This document shows positions 52,792-62,561 of a stretch of DNA of 64,000 bases, piece by piece. A program made the position numbers and the translations under genes. Source of the stretch: an uncultured Candidatus Rokubacteria bacterium (GTDB lineage: Bacteria; Methylomirabilota; Methylomirabilia; Rokubacteriales; DASRDR01). The DNA lies in assembly GCA_963708025.1 (NCBI GenBank), contig CAVPSB010000018.1:32001-96000 (forward strand). The letters run 5' to 3'. Position 1 is the first letter of the stretch. Each line of letters opens with the position of its first letter. The notes under the pieces were generated by a model. That model ran no database searches. It saw only the letters and a program-made list of their open reading frames with translations, and was not told the origin of the DNA.

Positions 52792-54171
52792 TCAGGCGGG
52801 ATCGGGTGGCCCGGCGCCGACACCGACGATCGCTTCCACCCACCGCGCCGCGGCGAGGAGCCGGGCCTCGGCGAACGGCGCCCCGATGAGCTGGATCCCC
52901 AGCGGGAGCCCGCCGGCGTCGCGCCCGGTCGGTAGCGCGATCTGGGGCGCCCCGATCCCCGACCACGGAGCGTTGAAGCTGGCGTCGCCCGTCGTGGCCC
53001 GGTCGGGGGCGGGCCCGGGCGCGGGGGGCATCACCAGCGCGTCGAAGCGGCCGAGCAGTGGCGACAGCTCCCGCCGGGCCTGGCGGCGCAGCCGCTGGGC
53101 CCGGAGGTAGAGCGGGGCGGGGAGGCAGAGCCCCGCTTCGATCGCGGCGCGGATCCGCGGCCGGTACTCCGCGGCGTGCTCGCGGTGGAGGTCGGCGTGG
53201 TATGCCGCGGCCTCCGCGCGGACGACGACCATGGTCGCCGCCACGAGCGCCGGCAGGATCGGCGGGAGCGCGACCGGCTCCACGACCGCGCCGCGCTCGG
53301 CCAGGCGGCGGGCCACCGACTCCAGGTGCTCGCGCGTCGCTGGCTCCGCCCGGTCGAGGAACGGCTCCCGGATCAGGCCGAGTCGCGGCGGCGGGGGGGC
53401 GTCGGCGCCGAGGACCGCGGCCAGGTCGGGCGCGGGCCGGGCCGCCGACCCCGGGTCCTCCGGGTCGTGGGCGGCGAGGACGGTCAGGGCGAGCGCCGCG
53501 TCGGCGACCGTGCGGCTGAAGATGCCCACGTGGTCGAGCGACCAGGCGGCGGGCACGACGCCGCGCCGGCTGATGCGGCCGTAGGTCGGCTTCAGCCCCA
53601 CGACGCCGCAGAAGGCGGCCGGCCGGAGCGTCGAGCCGACGGTCTGGGAGCCGAGGGCGAGGGGGACCATGCGGCAGGCGACCGCCGCCGCCGACCCCGA
53701 CGAGGATCCCCCTGGCGTTCGCGTCCGGTCCCACGGATTCGTGGTCGGGGCGGGGTCCATGAAGGCGAACTCGGTCGTCTGGAGCTTGCCGAGGATCACC
53801 GCCCCCGCCGCCCGCAGTCGGGCGACCGCGACCGCGTCCTCGCGCGGCACCACGTCGGCGAAGCCCCGGGCCCCGGCCGTCGTCCTGAGCCCGGCCACGT
53901 GGAAGATGTCCTTCAGGCCCACCGGGACGCCGTGGAGCGCCCCGCGCAGGCGCCCCTGGGCGGCCTCGGCGTCGAGCCGCGCCGCCGCGTCGAGCGCGCC
54001 CGCCCGATCGACCAGGACCCAGGCCTGGATCGCCGGATCCAGTGCGTCGATCCGCCGGAGACACGCCTCCACGAGCGCGCGGCTCGAGAGCCGGCCGGCG
54101 CGGATGCGCGCCGCGGCCTCGGCGACGGAGAGGACGTGGAGCGGCGTGTCGGTCGCGGTCGTGTCGGCCAT
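52792..54171 (-). CDS. Amidase signature family protein
   Basis: GVPVGLKD, TPGGSSSGS, GSQTVGSTLRPA, GLKPT, LPLGIQL. Confidence 0.93.
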   Translation of the reverse strand: MADTTATDTPLHVLSVAEAAARIRAGRLSSRALVEACLRRIDALDPAIQAWVLVDRAGALDAAARLDAEAAQGRLRGALHGVPVGLKDIFHVAGLRTTAGARGFADVVPREDAVAVARLRAAGAVILGKLQTTEFAFMDPAPTTNPWDRTRTPGGSSSGSAAAVACRMVPLALGSQTVGSTLRPAAFCGVVGLKPTYGRISRRGVVPAAWSLDHVGIFSRTVADAALALTVLAAHDPEDPGSAARPAPDLAAVLGADAPPPPRLGLIREPFLDRAEPATREHLESVARRLAERGAVVEPVALPPILPALVAATMVVVRAEAAAYHADLHREHAAEYRPRIRAAIEAGLCLPAPLYLRAQRLRRQARRELSPLLGRFDALVMPPAPGPAPDRATTGDASFNAPWSGIGAPQIALPTGRDAGGLPLGIQLIGAPFAEARLLAAARWVEAIVGVGAGPPDPA

Positions 54172-54248
54172 CGCGTCGCCTTTCTCTACCCCCCGGCGCC
54201 AGCGAAGTCAAGCGGGGCGATGTATCATCGGTCAGCAAGGAGGGCCCG

Positions 54249-55876
54249 ATGGCCTACGAGGGACCCCGATCGTACCGGCCGGTGATCATGGGACGGCGCG
54301 GCGCCGTCGCGTCGAACCACCCGCTCGCCACCCAGGCCGGGCTGCTCGCGCTGCAGGCCGGCGGGAACGCGGTGGACGCCGCCGTCGCCGTCGCGGCGAC
54401 GCTGTCCGTCGTCGAGCCCATGATGTCCGGCCTCGGCGGTGACGGCTTCTACCACGTCTTCATGCGCCGGACCGGGGAGGCCGTCGTCGTCAACGGCACC
54501 GGGCCGGCGCCGCGGGCGGCGACCCCGGAGCGCTACCGGGCCGGCATGCCCCCGAGCGGCCCGCTCAGCGTCTCGGTCCCCGGCTCGGTCGGGGCCTGGG
54601 GCGTCGATCCACAGCCGGTTCGGCCGCCGGCCCTGGGCGGCGCTCTTCGAGGCGGCGATCGCCTACGCCCGGGACGGCTTCGGCGTCACCCGCGCCTTCC
54701 GGCACTTCGCCGGCGAGCAGCAGGCGGTGCTCGCCCGCGACCGGCGGAGCGCCGACGCTCTTCCTCCGCGACGGGGCGCCGCCCCGGCTGGGGACGCCGG
54801 TCGTCCAGGACGACCTCGCGCGCACCCTGGCCACGCTGGCCGCGGAGGGCGCCGAGAGCTTCTACCGGGGCGGCCTCGCCAAGGCCGTGGCCGCCGGCTG
54901 TGGCGAGGCGGGCACGCTGGTGACGGCCGACGACCTGGCGGCGTTCGAGCCGGAGGTCCAGGCGCCGATCGAGGTCACCTACCGCGGCTACACCGTCCGC
55001 GAGGCGCCGCCCAACTCGATGGGCTGGGTGCTCCTCCAGGAGCTGAACCTCGTCGAGCCGTTCGACCTGGCCGCCATGGGTCCGCTCTCCGCCGACTGCG
55101 TCCACACGCTGGTCGAGGCCAAGAAGCTGGCCTTCGCCGACCGCGAGCGGTACGCCGGCGACCCGCGCGTCGTGGCGACGCCGCTCGAGGAGCTCCTCTC
55201 CAAGGCCTACGCGAGGCGTCGCGCGGCTGGGATCGATCCGAAGCGCGCGGCGCCCACGGCGCCGGCGCCGCCCGGCGGCTCCGGCGGGCGCGACACGACC
55301 TACTTCTGCGTGGTCGACGGCGAGGGCAACGCGGTGTCGGGAATCCAGAGCATCAACAGCGCCTTCGGCTCGGGCGTGGTGGCCGGCGAGACCGGGATCC
55401 TCCTCAACAACCGCATGACCCCGTGGCACCTCGAGCCCGGCCATCCGAACCGCCTGGCGCCGGGCAAGCGGGTCCGCCACACGATGAACCCGCCGATGGT
55501 GTTCAAGGACGGCGAGCTGTGGGCCGTGCTCGGGACCCCGGGCGGCGACTACCAGGTCCAGGTCAACCTGCAGCTCTTGACCGCGCTCATCGACTTCGGC
55601 TTCGACCCGCAGCAGGCGGCGGAAGCGCCGCGATGGTCGAGCACCCAGCCCGGCCAGGAGGCGAACTATCCCCACGACTGCCCGGACGCGCTCAACCTGG
55701 AGGGCCGCTTCCCGCCCGACGTCCGGGACGAGCTGGCCGCCCGCGGCCACCCGGTGGTGACGCTGGGCGACCTCGAGGGTCCCTGCTCGGTCGAGATCAT
55801 CCGGCGCGATCCGGCCACCGGTGTGCTGATGGCCGGCTCCGACCCGCGGCGGGACGGCTGGGCGCTGGCGTATTGA
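54249..55876 (+). CDS. ggt: Gamma-glutamyltransferase (frameshifts near 54605 and 54760)
   Basis: GGNAVDAAVA, GLGGDGF, SVPG, PPNS, DTT, LLNNR, HTMNP, GTPGG, SDPRRDG. Confidence 0.92.
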
Positions 55877-55896
55877 AAGTGTCTGAACGAATCAGC

Positions 55897-55977
55897 CCTC
55901 CGGCTCCCCCCTCCCCCCGCCAAAGGCCGAAGGCCGTCCGACGGGTGGGGGAGGGGGGGTAGGCGGGAGGTCCCGAA
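55897..55977 (+). repeat. G/C-rich palindromic repeat, long form
   Basis: Same architecture and AAAGGCCGAAGGCC insert as 48642-48733. Confidence 0.8.
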
Positions 55978-55980
55978 CTG

Positions 55981-56967
55981 ATGTGCCGGCGGCGCGCCCG
56001 CGCCAGCGTCGGGGCGCTGGTCGTGGCCCTCCTGGTCTCGGGCTGCGCGTCCGGTCCGCGTCCCTGGGAGCCGTGGCAGACCACGCTGGGGCAGGGGAAC
56101 CCGCTCGCCGGGCGGATCTGGGACGTCGGCGCCGGCCGCTTCATCGACGCGGACCGCCTGCCGACGCGGCTCGCGACCGCCCGGTTCGTGCTCCTGGGCG
56201 AGAAGCACGACAACGCCGATCACCATCACCTCCAGGCCTGGCTCCTGCGCGAGCTCATCGCCCGCGGCCGGCGGCCGGCCGTCGGCTTCGAGATGTTCGA
56301 GACGACGGACGCGCCCGCGATCGCGCGGCATCTGGCCGCGGTCCCCCGCGACGCCGCCGGGCTCGGGGACGCCGTGGACTGGCGGCGCTCGGGGTGGCCG
56401 CCGTGGGAGCTCTACCGGCCGATCGCCGCCGCCGCGCTCGAGGCGGGGTTGCCGATCGTCGCCACCAACCTGCCCCGGACCGTCGCCCGGACCCTCAGCC
56501 GACAGGGGGTCGCGGGCGTGGACCCGGCGCTGGCCGCGCGGCTGGGGCTGGATCGCCCGCTCCCGCCGGAGCGTCAGGCGCCGATGGCCACCGAGATCCG
56601 GGACGCGCATTGCGGCCAGATCCCGGAGGGGATGGTCGGGGGGATGGTCGCGGCCCAGCGCGCCCGGGACGCCCAGATGGCCCGGAGCCTGGCCGAGGCG
56701 GCCACGGCCGACGGCGGACTGCTGATCGCCGGCGCCGGCCACGTCCGCACCGACCGTGGCGTGCCGGTCGACCTGGCCGCGCTCGCGCCGGGTGCCCGCG
56801 TGCTGAGCGTCGCCTTCGTCGAGGTGCGCGACGACCGGCGCGACCCGGGGACCTACGCCGAGCGCTTCGGGGCCGCCACGCTGCCCTTCGACTTCGTCTG
56901 GTTCACCCCCCGCGTGGAAGACCGGGACCCGTGCGAGCGGTTCCGGACGGCGCCGGTGCGCTCGTGA
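55981..56967 (+). CDS. ChaN-family lipoprotein
   Basis: Lipobox VSGC, LLGEKHDN..HH.LQ, GFEMF, HCG, AQRARDA.MA, AGAGH. Confidence 0.88.
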   Translation: MCRRRARASVGALVVALLVSGCASGPRPWEPWQTTLGQGNPLAGRIWDVGAGRFIDADRLPTRLATARFVLLGEKHDNADHHHLQAWLLRELIARGRRPAVGFEMFETTDAPAIARHLAAVPRDAAGLGDAVDWRRSGWPPWELYRPIAAAALEAGLPIVATNLPRTVARTLSRQGVAGVDPALAARLGLDRPLPPERQAPMATEIRDAHCGQIPEGMVGGMVAAQRARDAQMARSLAEAATADGGLLIAGAGHVRTDRGVPVDLAALAPGARVLSVAFVEVRDDRRDPGTYAERFGAATLPFDFVWFTPRVEDRDPCERFRTAPVRS

Positions 56968-57635
56968 CGGATCGCCTGGACGCCCTCGAGGTCGAGACCG
57001 GCCCCGCGCCCCGGGCGGCCGTGATCTGGCTGCACGGGCTGGGCGCCGACGGCCACGACTTCGTCCCGGTGGTCCCCGAGCTCGAGCTGCCCGCGACCCT
57101 CCCCGTCCGCTTCGTCTTCCCGCACGCGCCGATGCGGGCCGTCACGATCAACCGGGGCGCGGTCATGCGCGCCTGGTACGACATCGTCGAGGTCGGCGGC
57201 GCGTGGCGCGAGGACCCCGAGGGGGTCCGCGACGCCGGGCGGCGGGTCGAGGCGCTGATCGCGCGCGAGGTGGCGCGGGGGATCCCGGCGGCGCGCCTGG
57301 TCCTCGCCGGGTTCTCGCAAGGGGGCGCCATCGCGCTCCACACGGGGCTGCGCCACCCCGAGCCCCTGGCCGGGATCCTGGCGCTCTCGTGCGCCCTGCC
57401 CCTGGCTGACGCGCTCCCCGCCGAGGCCAGCCCGGCGAGCCGCGGCGTCCCCATCTTCATGGCGCACGGGACGCACGACCCGCTGATCCCGCTGGCCCGG
57501 GCCGTTCGCTCCCGGGACCGGCTGGTCGAGCTGGGCTACGCCGTGACGTGGCGCGAGTACGCCATGCCGCACTCGGTCTGCGCCGAGGAGATCCGCGACA
57601 TCGCGGCCTGGCTCCGGAGGGTGCTCGGGGACTGA
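56964..57635 (+). CDS. Carboxylesterase/phospholipase (alpha/beta hydrolase)
   Basis: IWLHGLGADGHDF, FPHAP, MRAWYD, GFSQGG, HGTHD, MPHSV. Confidence 0.92.
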   Translation: MTDRLDALEVETGPAPRAAVIWLHGLGADGHDFVPVVPELELPATLPVRFVFPHAPMRAVTINRGAVMRAWYDIVEVGGAWREDPEGVRDAGRRVEALIAREVARGIPAARLVLAGFSQGGAIALHTGLRHPEPLAGILALSCALPLADALPAEASPASRGVPIFMAHGTHDPLIPLARAVRSRDRLVELGYAVTWREYAMPHSVCAEEIRDIAAWLRRVLGD

Positions 57636-57654
57636 GAGCGTGTGAGGCAATGGC

Positions 57655-57738
57655 CCTCCGACTCCCCCCTCCCCCCGGTGGGTGGGGGAGGGGGGTTCGG
57701 GGGGTGGGCGGGAGGTCTCGAAAAGCGGAGGTCCCGAA
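57655..57738 (+). repeat. G/C-rich palindromic repeat
   Basis: CCTCCGACTCCCCCCTCCCCCCGGTGGGTGGGGGAGGGGGG... with duplicated GGAGGTC(T/C)CGAA end. Confidence 0.8.
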
Positions 57739-57866
57739 AATAGGAAGGCCGACGCGGTCGGATCACACCGGGCTCTCGGGAGGGGTGAGGGCTCCGGTAG
57801 CCGCCGCGCCGGCCTTCTGGATTCAGCGTGCCGCCCCTGGCGCACAGCGTCCATCGGGGCAGCGCC

Positions 57867-58706
57867 CTAGGGACCTTCCCCCTGGGGTCCGCCGCCCTTG
57901 TTGACCCGCATCAGGTAGCGGTACGGGTCGCTGGTCACGACGGCTCCGCCCGAGACGAGGAGCACGGCCCCGGAGACCCAGGCGGCGGCGTCGGACGCGA
58001 AGTAGACGGCGGCCGCCGCCACGTCGGACGGCTGGCCGACGCGGCGCAGCGGGTAGAACGCCGATCGGGCGCGGCGGTCGGCCTCGGTGGCGAGCCAGGG
58101 CGCGGTCAGCGGCGTCTCGACGACGGCGGGGGCGATCGCGTTGACGCGGATCCCGTACTGGCCCAGCTCCACCGCCATCGTCTGGGTGACGTTGTTGAGC
58201 GCCGCCTTGCAGGCGCCGTAGATCCCCTCGCCGCCCGGCGCGGCGTAGAGGCTGTCGATCGAGCTGAGGAAGATGATGGCGCCGCCCCGGCCCTGCTCGC
58301 GCATCGCGCGCGCCGCCGCCTGGGCGCCGAAGACCTGGGCCTTGAGGTTGAGGGCGACCATCTGGTCCCACCCCGACTCGGTGACGTCGATCCACTCGGC
58401 CCCCCAGCCACCCGCGTCGGGGGTCGGCCCGCCCGCGTTGTTGACCCAGACGTCGAGGCGCCCGAAGCTCCCGACGGCCCGAGCGGCCAGCGCCGCCAGC
58501 TGCCGGGCGTCGGTGACGTCGGTCGGCTGGACGACGGCCCGGCGTCCCTTCGCCTCGACCTCGCGCGCGACCTCGGCCAGGTCGCCGACGCTCCGGGCCG
58601 CCAGGACGACGTCGGCGCCCTGCTCGGCGAACGCCAGCGCGATGGCCCGGCCGAGACCCCGGCTGGCGCCCGTGACCACGCACGACTTCCCCGCCAGTGA
58701 GAACAT
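57867..58706 (-). CDS. Short-chain dehydrogenase/reductase
   Basis: TGASRGLG, NNAG, YGACK, IRVNAIAP. Confidence 0.93.
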   Translation of the reverse strand: MFSLAGKSCVVTGASRGLGRAIALAFAEQGADVVLAARSVGDLAEVAREVEAKGRRAVVQPTDVTDARQLAALAARAVGSFGRLDVWVNNAGGPTPDAGGWGAEWIDVTESGWDQMVALNLKAQVFGAQAAARAMREQGRGGAIIFLSSIDSLYAAPGGEGIYGACKAALNNVTQTMAVELGQYGIRVNAIAPAVVETPLTAPWLATEADRRARSAFYPLRRVGQPSDVAAAAVYFASDAAAWVSGAVLLVSGGAVVTSDPYRYLMRVNKGGGPQGEGP

Positions 58707-58798
58707 GACCTAAGCTCCTCTCCCCGCTTTCGCGGATGGGCGAGCAGTATACGACGCGCGGCGCCGCCCGGAGAAGGCCACCGGGAGGCCATCGCGCC

Positions 58799-58828
58799 TT
58801 GACAAGCTTCGGGGGGCCAGCCTACTGT
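58799..58828 (+). promoter_or_regulatory. Candidate sigma70 promoter
   Basis: TTGACA-18bp-TACTGT in a divergent intergenic region. Confidence 0.5.
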
Positions 58829-58939
58829 GAGCGCCGTTCCGGTGCGCGAGCGCGACCCGTCGGAATGACCCCCTGCCGGGCGTCGCCTGCCTGACCGTCC
58901 GCGTCCCACCGGTGGCGTCGTCACGAGCGGAGGGTGGCC

Positions 58940-59008
58940 ATGAGCGGCTTCGTCGAGACCTACCGCGGGGTCGTGTTCTGTCTGAAGCAACCGAGGGGAG
59001 AGGCATGA
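58940..59008 (+). pseudogene. N-terminal stub of acyl-CoA thioesterase-like gene
   Basis: RBS GGAGGG, MSGFVETYRGVVF, then runs into the next gene's RBS. Confidence 0.5.
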
Positions 59009-59785
59009 GCGAGCAAGTCGAGCTCCGCAGGGACGGCGCGATCGCCACCATCCTCCTCAACCGCCCGGAGAAGCTCAACGCGCTGAGCATCGCGATGTAC
59101 GGGCGGCTCCAGGCGCTGATGGAGGAGTGCCATCGCGACGCCGACCTCCGCTGCGTCGTGATCCGCGGCGCCGGCGGGCGGGCCTTCGCGGTCGGCGCGG
59201 ACATCGGCGAGTTCGAGGCGACGCGCAGCTCGGCCGAGAAGGCGCGGGCCTACGCGAAGACCACTCACCCGGCGCTGACGGCCATCCGGAGCTGCCGGCA
59301 CCCGGTGGTGGCGCTGATCGAGGGACTGTGCGTGGGCGGGGGGTTCGGCATCGCCACCCTGTGCGACCTCCGCATCTGCGGCGAGTCGAGCCGGTTCGGC
59401 GTCCCCATCAAGCGACTGGGGCTCGTCGAGGGCTACGACGAGCTGGAGCCGATCGTCCAGGCCCTCGGCGGCCAGCGCGACGCTGGAGATCCTGCTCACC
59501 GGCGACCTCCTCGACGCGCGGACGGCCCAGCGGATCGGCTTCGTGAACCGCGTCGTCCCCGACGACCAGGTGGAGGCGGAGGCCTACGCGGTGGCGCGCA
59601 AGATCGCGGAGGGCGCGCCCCTGGCCGCCCGCTGGCACAAGCGGTTCGTCTACGACCTGGTGGCGGGGACGCGGCTGACGGACGAGGAGAAGGACGTCTC
59701 TTACCACTGCTTCGACACCGAGGACTTCCAGATCGGCTACAAGGCCTTTCTGGCCAAGACGACGCCCCAGTTCCTCGGCCGCTGA
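59005..59785 (+). CDS. Enoyl-CoA hydratase/isomerase (frameshift near 59472)
   Basis: LNRPEKLNAL, AFAVGADI, PVVALIEG..VGGG, CDLRI, (G)FVNRVVP, DFQIG..AF..K.P.F. Confidence 0.9.
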
Positions 59786-59801
59786 GAGGGTGTGATTCGG
59801 C

Positions 59802-60134
59802 ATGGCACTGGGCGGGGCCGCCCTCATCGTCGTCGGGGCCCTGGTCCGCCGGACCGGGTCGCACGGGCTGGCCGGAGCCGGGCTGGTCCTGGACCCCGGG
59901 CGCGCCCGCGAAGACGTCAAGCCGTGGTCGGAGATGCAGGGCGGCGTCATCCGGGACACGCTGGACGCGGCCGGGATCGACCTCGGCCGGGGTGCGGCCC
60001 GGCCCCCGGCCGGGGCCGGGGCCGCGCTGCCGTTCGACGAGAAGCTCCGCCGGCTCCACCGGCTCCGCCAGGAAGGGCTCATCTCCGAGGAGGAGTACCA
60101 GCGCGAGCGCAAGGAGGTCCTCGACCAGAACTGA
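59802..60134 (+). CDS. SHOCT-domain membrane protein, probably 5'-truncated
   Basis: GLAGAGLVLDP.RAREDVKPW; KLRRLHRLRQEGLISEEEYQRERKEVL. Confidence 0.7.
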   Translation: MALGGAALIVVGALVRRTGSHGLAGAGLVLDPGRAREDVKPWSEMQGGVIRDTLDAAGIDLGRGAARPPAGAGAALPFDEKLRRLHRLRQEGLISEEEYQRERKEVLDQN

Positions 60135-60158
60135 AGGGGAAGACCTGGGCGATCCTGC

Positions 60159-61649
60159 TCAGGAACTGGAACCCCCGCCGCGAGGGCTGCCTCGGCCGCA
60201 GGCGGCCAGGAAGTAGGGCGCCGCCGCCTTCGCGAGCTCGACATCACGCTGGGCGGCCGCGAGCACCTCGGCGCCGACCGCCGCCACCCGGTCGAGCACG
60301 GCGTCCTCGTCGAAGGCGAGGATCCGCCCGTCCCGCAGGACCCAGCGCCCCTCGACCATGACGGCGGCAACGGCCGCCGCGGTCGCGTGCTGGACGAGCT
60401 GCGGCACGCTGGGGGTCACGCCCGCGAGCGCCGGGCCACGGGGGCGGAGCAAGACGAGGTCGGCGCGGTGCCCCGGGGCGAGGTCGCCCAGCCGCCCGGC
60501 CAGGCCGATGACGCGCGCGCCGCCGCGCGTCGCCATGTCCAGGATCCGGGCGGGCCGCGGCCAGGCTGCGGGGTCCGGCGTGTCGGGACGCGGGAGCATG
60601 AGCGCGAGCCGCATCACCTCGAAGAGGTCGTGCGGGCCGCCGGTGTTGGACGAGTCGGTGCCGAGGGCGAGCGGCAGCCCCAGCGCGTCCGCCGCCCCGA
60701 GCGGCATCCGCCCGCTGCCGAGCATCAGGTTGCTCGCCGGGTTGTGCACGACCGTGACGCCGCGCCGCGCGAGGAGCTCCTGCTCCGACGGCAAGAGCCA
60801 GACCCCGTGCGCCACCGAGAGGCGCTCGCTCAGGAGCCCCTGGCGATCCATCTCCGCGACCGTGCCGCCAGGCCACCGCGCTTGCCCGTAGGCGGCCTGA
60901 GCGCGCGTCTCCAAGAGGTGCGTGTGGACGCCGAGACCGAGCTCGTCCGGGAGCCGCCGCCACACGGCCCACAGCTCCGCCGAGCAGCGCTGGAACGCGT
61001 TCGGCCCGAGCATTACCGTGATCCGGCCCGTGCGGCCCGGCCAGCGGGCGATCAGCTCCCGGTACATCCGCTCCGCGCCGGTCGGGTTCGAGCGGGGTGC
61101 GTCGTCCAGGCGGCGTCGGATCTCCGCGGGGAGCACGGCGTCCAGCAGCTCGTGGTCGAACACATCGTGCATGAAGGGGGCGAAGCCCACCCGCATGCCG
61201 GAACCGTCGTGCGCGCTCAGCGCCGCGTCGGCCCACCGGACGTGCGGGAAGTGGTCGAGGCAGGCGGTGATGCCGTTCCGGATCATCTCGGCGGCGCCGA
61301 GGAGGATCGCGAGCCGGACTGCCTCGTCCCCGAACGCGCGGCCGTACGCGACCGTGTAGAGCGCCCACGGCTCGAGCGGCAGGCTGTTCTCGGTCCCTTT
61401 GAGGAGCGTGCTGTAGGAGTGGTAGTGCGCGTTGACCAGGCCGGGCATGAGGATCATCCCGCCGGCGTCGAAGGCCTCGGGCGCGCGCTGCCGGAGCGCG
61501 CGGTCCGCATCGGTGCCGATGGCCACGGCGGTGATCGCGCCGTCCTCGACCAGCACGCCGCCCGGCTCGAGCCGATCGCCAGCGTCGGCGCGGCACAGGC
61601 GCGCGTTCCCGATGTAAAGGCCCGGTGCCACGGACGTCATCCTCATCAC
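60159..61649 (-). CDS. Amidohydrolase family deaminase (MtaD/AtzA-like)
   Basis: PGLVNAHYH, HTHLLE, AHGVW, HNPASN..LGSG, LGTD, ADLVL. Confidence 0.9.
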   Translation of the reverse strand: MMRMTSVAPGLYIGNARLCRADAGDRLEPGGVLVEDGAITAVAIGTDADRALRQRAPEAFDAGGMILMPGLVNAHYHSYSTLLKGTENSLPLEPWALYTVAYGRAFGDEAVRLAILLGAAEMIRNGITACLDHFPHVRWADAALSAHDGSGMRVGFAPFMHDVFDHELLDAVLPAEIRRRLDDAPRSNPTGAERMYRELIARWPGRTGRITVMLGPNAFQRCSAELWAVWRRLPDELGLGVHTHLLETRAQAAYGQARWPGGTVAEMDRQGLLSERLSVAHGVWLLPSEQELLARRGVTVVHNPASNLMLGSGRMPLGAADALGLPLALGTDSSNTGGPHDLFEVMRLALMLPRPDTPDPAAWPRPARILDMATRGGARVIGLAGRLGDLAPGHRADLVLLRPRGPALAGVTPSVPQLVQHATAAAVAAVMVEGRWVLRDGRILAFDEDAVLDRVAAVGAEVLAAAQRDVELAKAAAPYFLAACGRGSPRGGGSSS

Positions 61650-61655
61650 CCGACG

Positions 61656-62561
61656 TCAGGGACCTCCGGCTCCCCCCTCCCCCCGGTGGGTGGGGGAGGG
61701 GGGTTGGGGGGGTAGGAGGGAGGTCCCGAAGATCAGCGAGGGGTGCCAGTGACGCTTCCCGGCCTGCGCCTGGCGCTGGTCCCAGCCGGCCAGGATCTCG
61801 ACCGCCAGGTTCGCGGTCCGGATCGCGTGCTCGACGCCGCCGTAGACGAAGCGGTCGGTGATCCGGTTGGCGATCGCGGTGCAGACCGCCCCCGCCCGCA
61901 GCCCGTAGAGGCTCGACAGGGTGAAGATCGTCGCCGTCTCCATCTCGAAGTTCAGCACGCCGGCGCGCCGGAGGTCGTCGACCTTGTCGCGGAAGAAGGA
62001 CTGCTCGTAGCCCCGGAACCCGGGCCGGCCCTGGCCGCAGTACCACGAGCCGGTGGAGCACGCGACCCCGACGTGGTAGCGGAGGCCGAGTCGCTCGGCC
62101 GCCTCGACCAGCGCGGCCGTCACCGCATAGTGCGCCGCCGCCGGGTACGAGGGATCGACGTAGAACTGGCTCGTCCCGTCCTGCCGCATCGCCGCCGTCG
62201 AGATGATGATGTCGCCGCACTCGATCTCGGCCTGGAGCGCCCCGGTCGTCCCCACGCGGATGAACGTGTCCGCGCCCAGGGCGGCCAGCTCCTCGAAGGC
62301 GCTCGACGTCGAGCCGCCGCCGGCGCCGGTCGAGCAGCAGGTGACGCCGACCCCGCCGAGCCGCCCCGAGAACGTCCGATGCTCGCGATAGTTGGCAATG
62401 GGCCGCGACTCGGTCCACTCCGCGGCGATCCGATCGACCCGCTCGGGGTCGCCCGGCAGCAGGACGTAGCGCTCCACGTCGCCGCGCCGGCACCGGATGT
62501 GGTACTGGAGGCCCTCGTCCATCTCGGGTCGGGTCGCCGCCGACTGCCAGTTCGATGTCAT
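61656..62561 (-). CDS. udp: Uridine/nucleoside phosphorylase
   Basis: QYHI, LLPGDPERV, STGAGGGS, IRVGTTG, GTS..Y, NFEMETA. Confidence 0.88.
   Translation of the reverse strand: MTSNWQSAATRPEMDEGLQYHIRCRRGDVERYVLLPGDPERVDRIAAEWTESRPIANYREHRTFSGRLGGVGVTCCSTGAGGGSTSSAFEELAALGADTFIRVGTTGALQAEIECGDIIISTAAMRQDGTSQFYVDPSYPAAAHYAVTAALVEAAERLGLRYHVGVACSTGSWYCGQGRPGFRGYEQSFFRDKVDDLRRAGVLNFEMETATIFTLSSLYGLRAGAVCTAIANRITDRFVYGGVEHAIRTANLAVEILAGWDQRQAQAGKRHWHPSLIFGTSLLPPQPPSPTHRGEGGAGGP
61659..61730 (+). repeat. G/C-rich palindromic repeat with terminal IR GGGACCTCC/GGAGGTCCC
   Basis: Most complete copy; lies within the 3' end of the nucleoside phosphorylase ORF. Confidence 0.8.
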
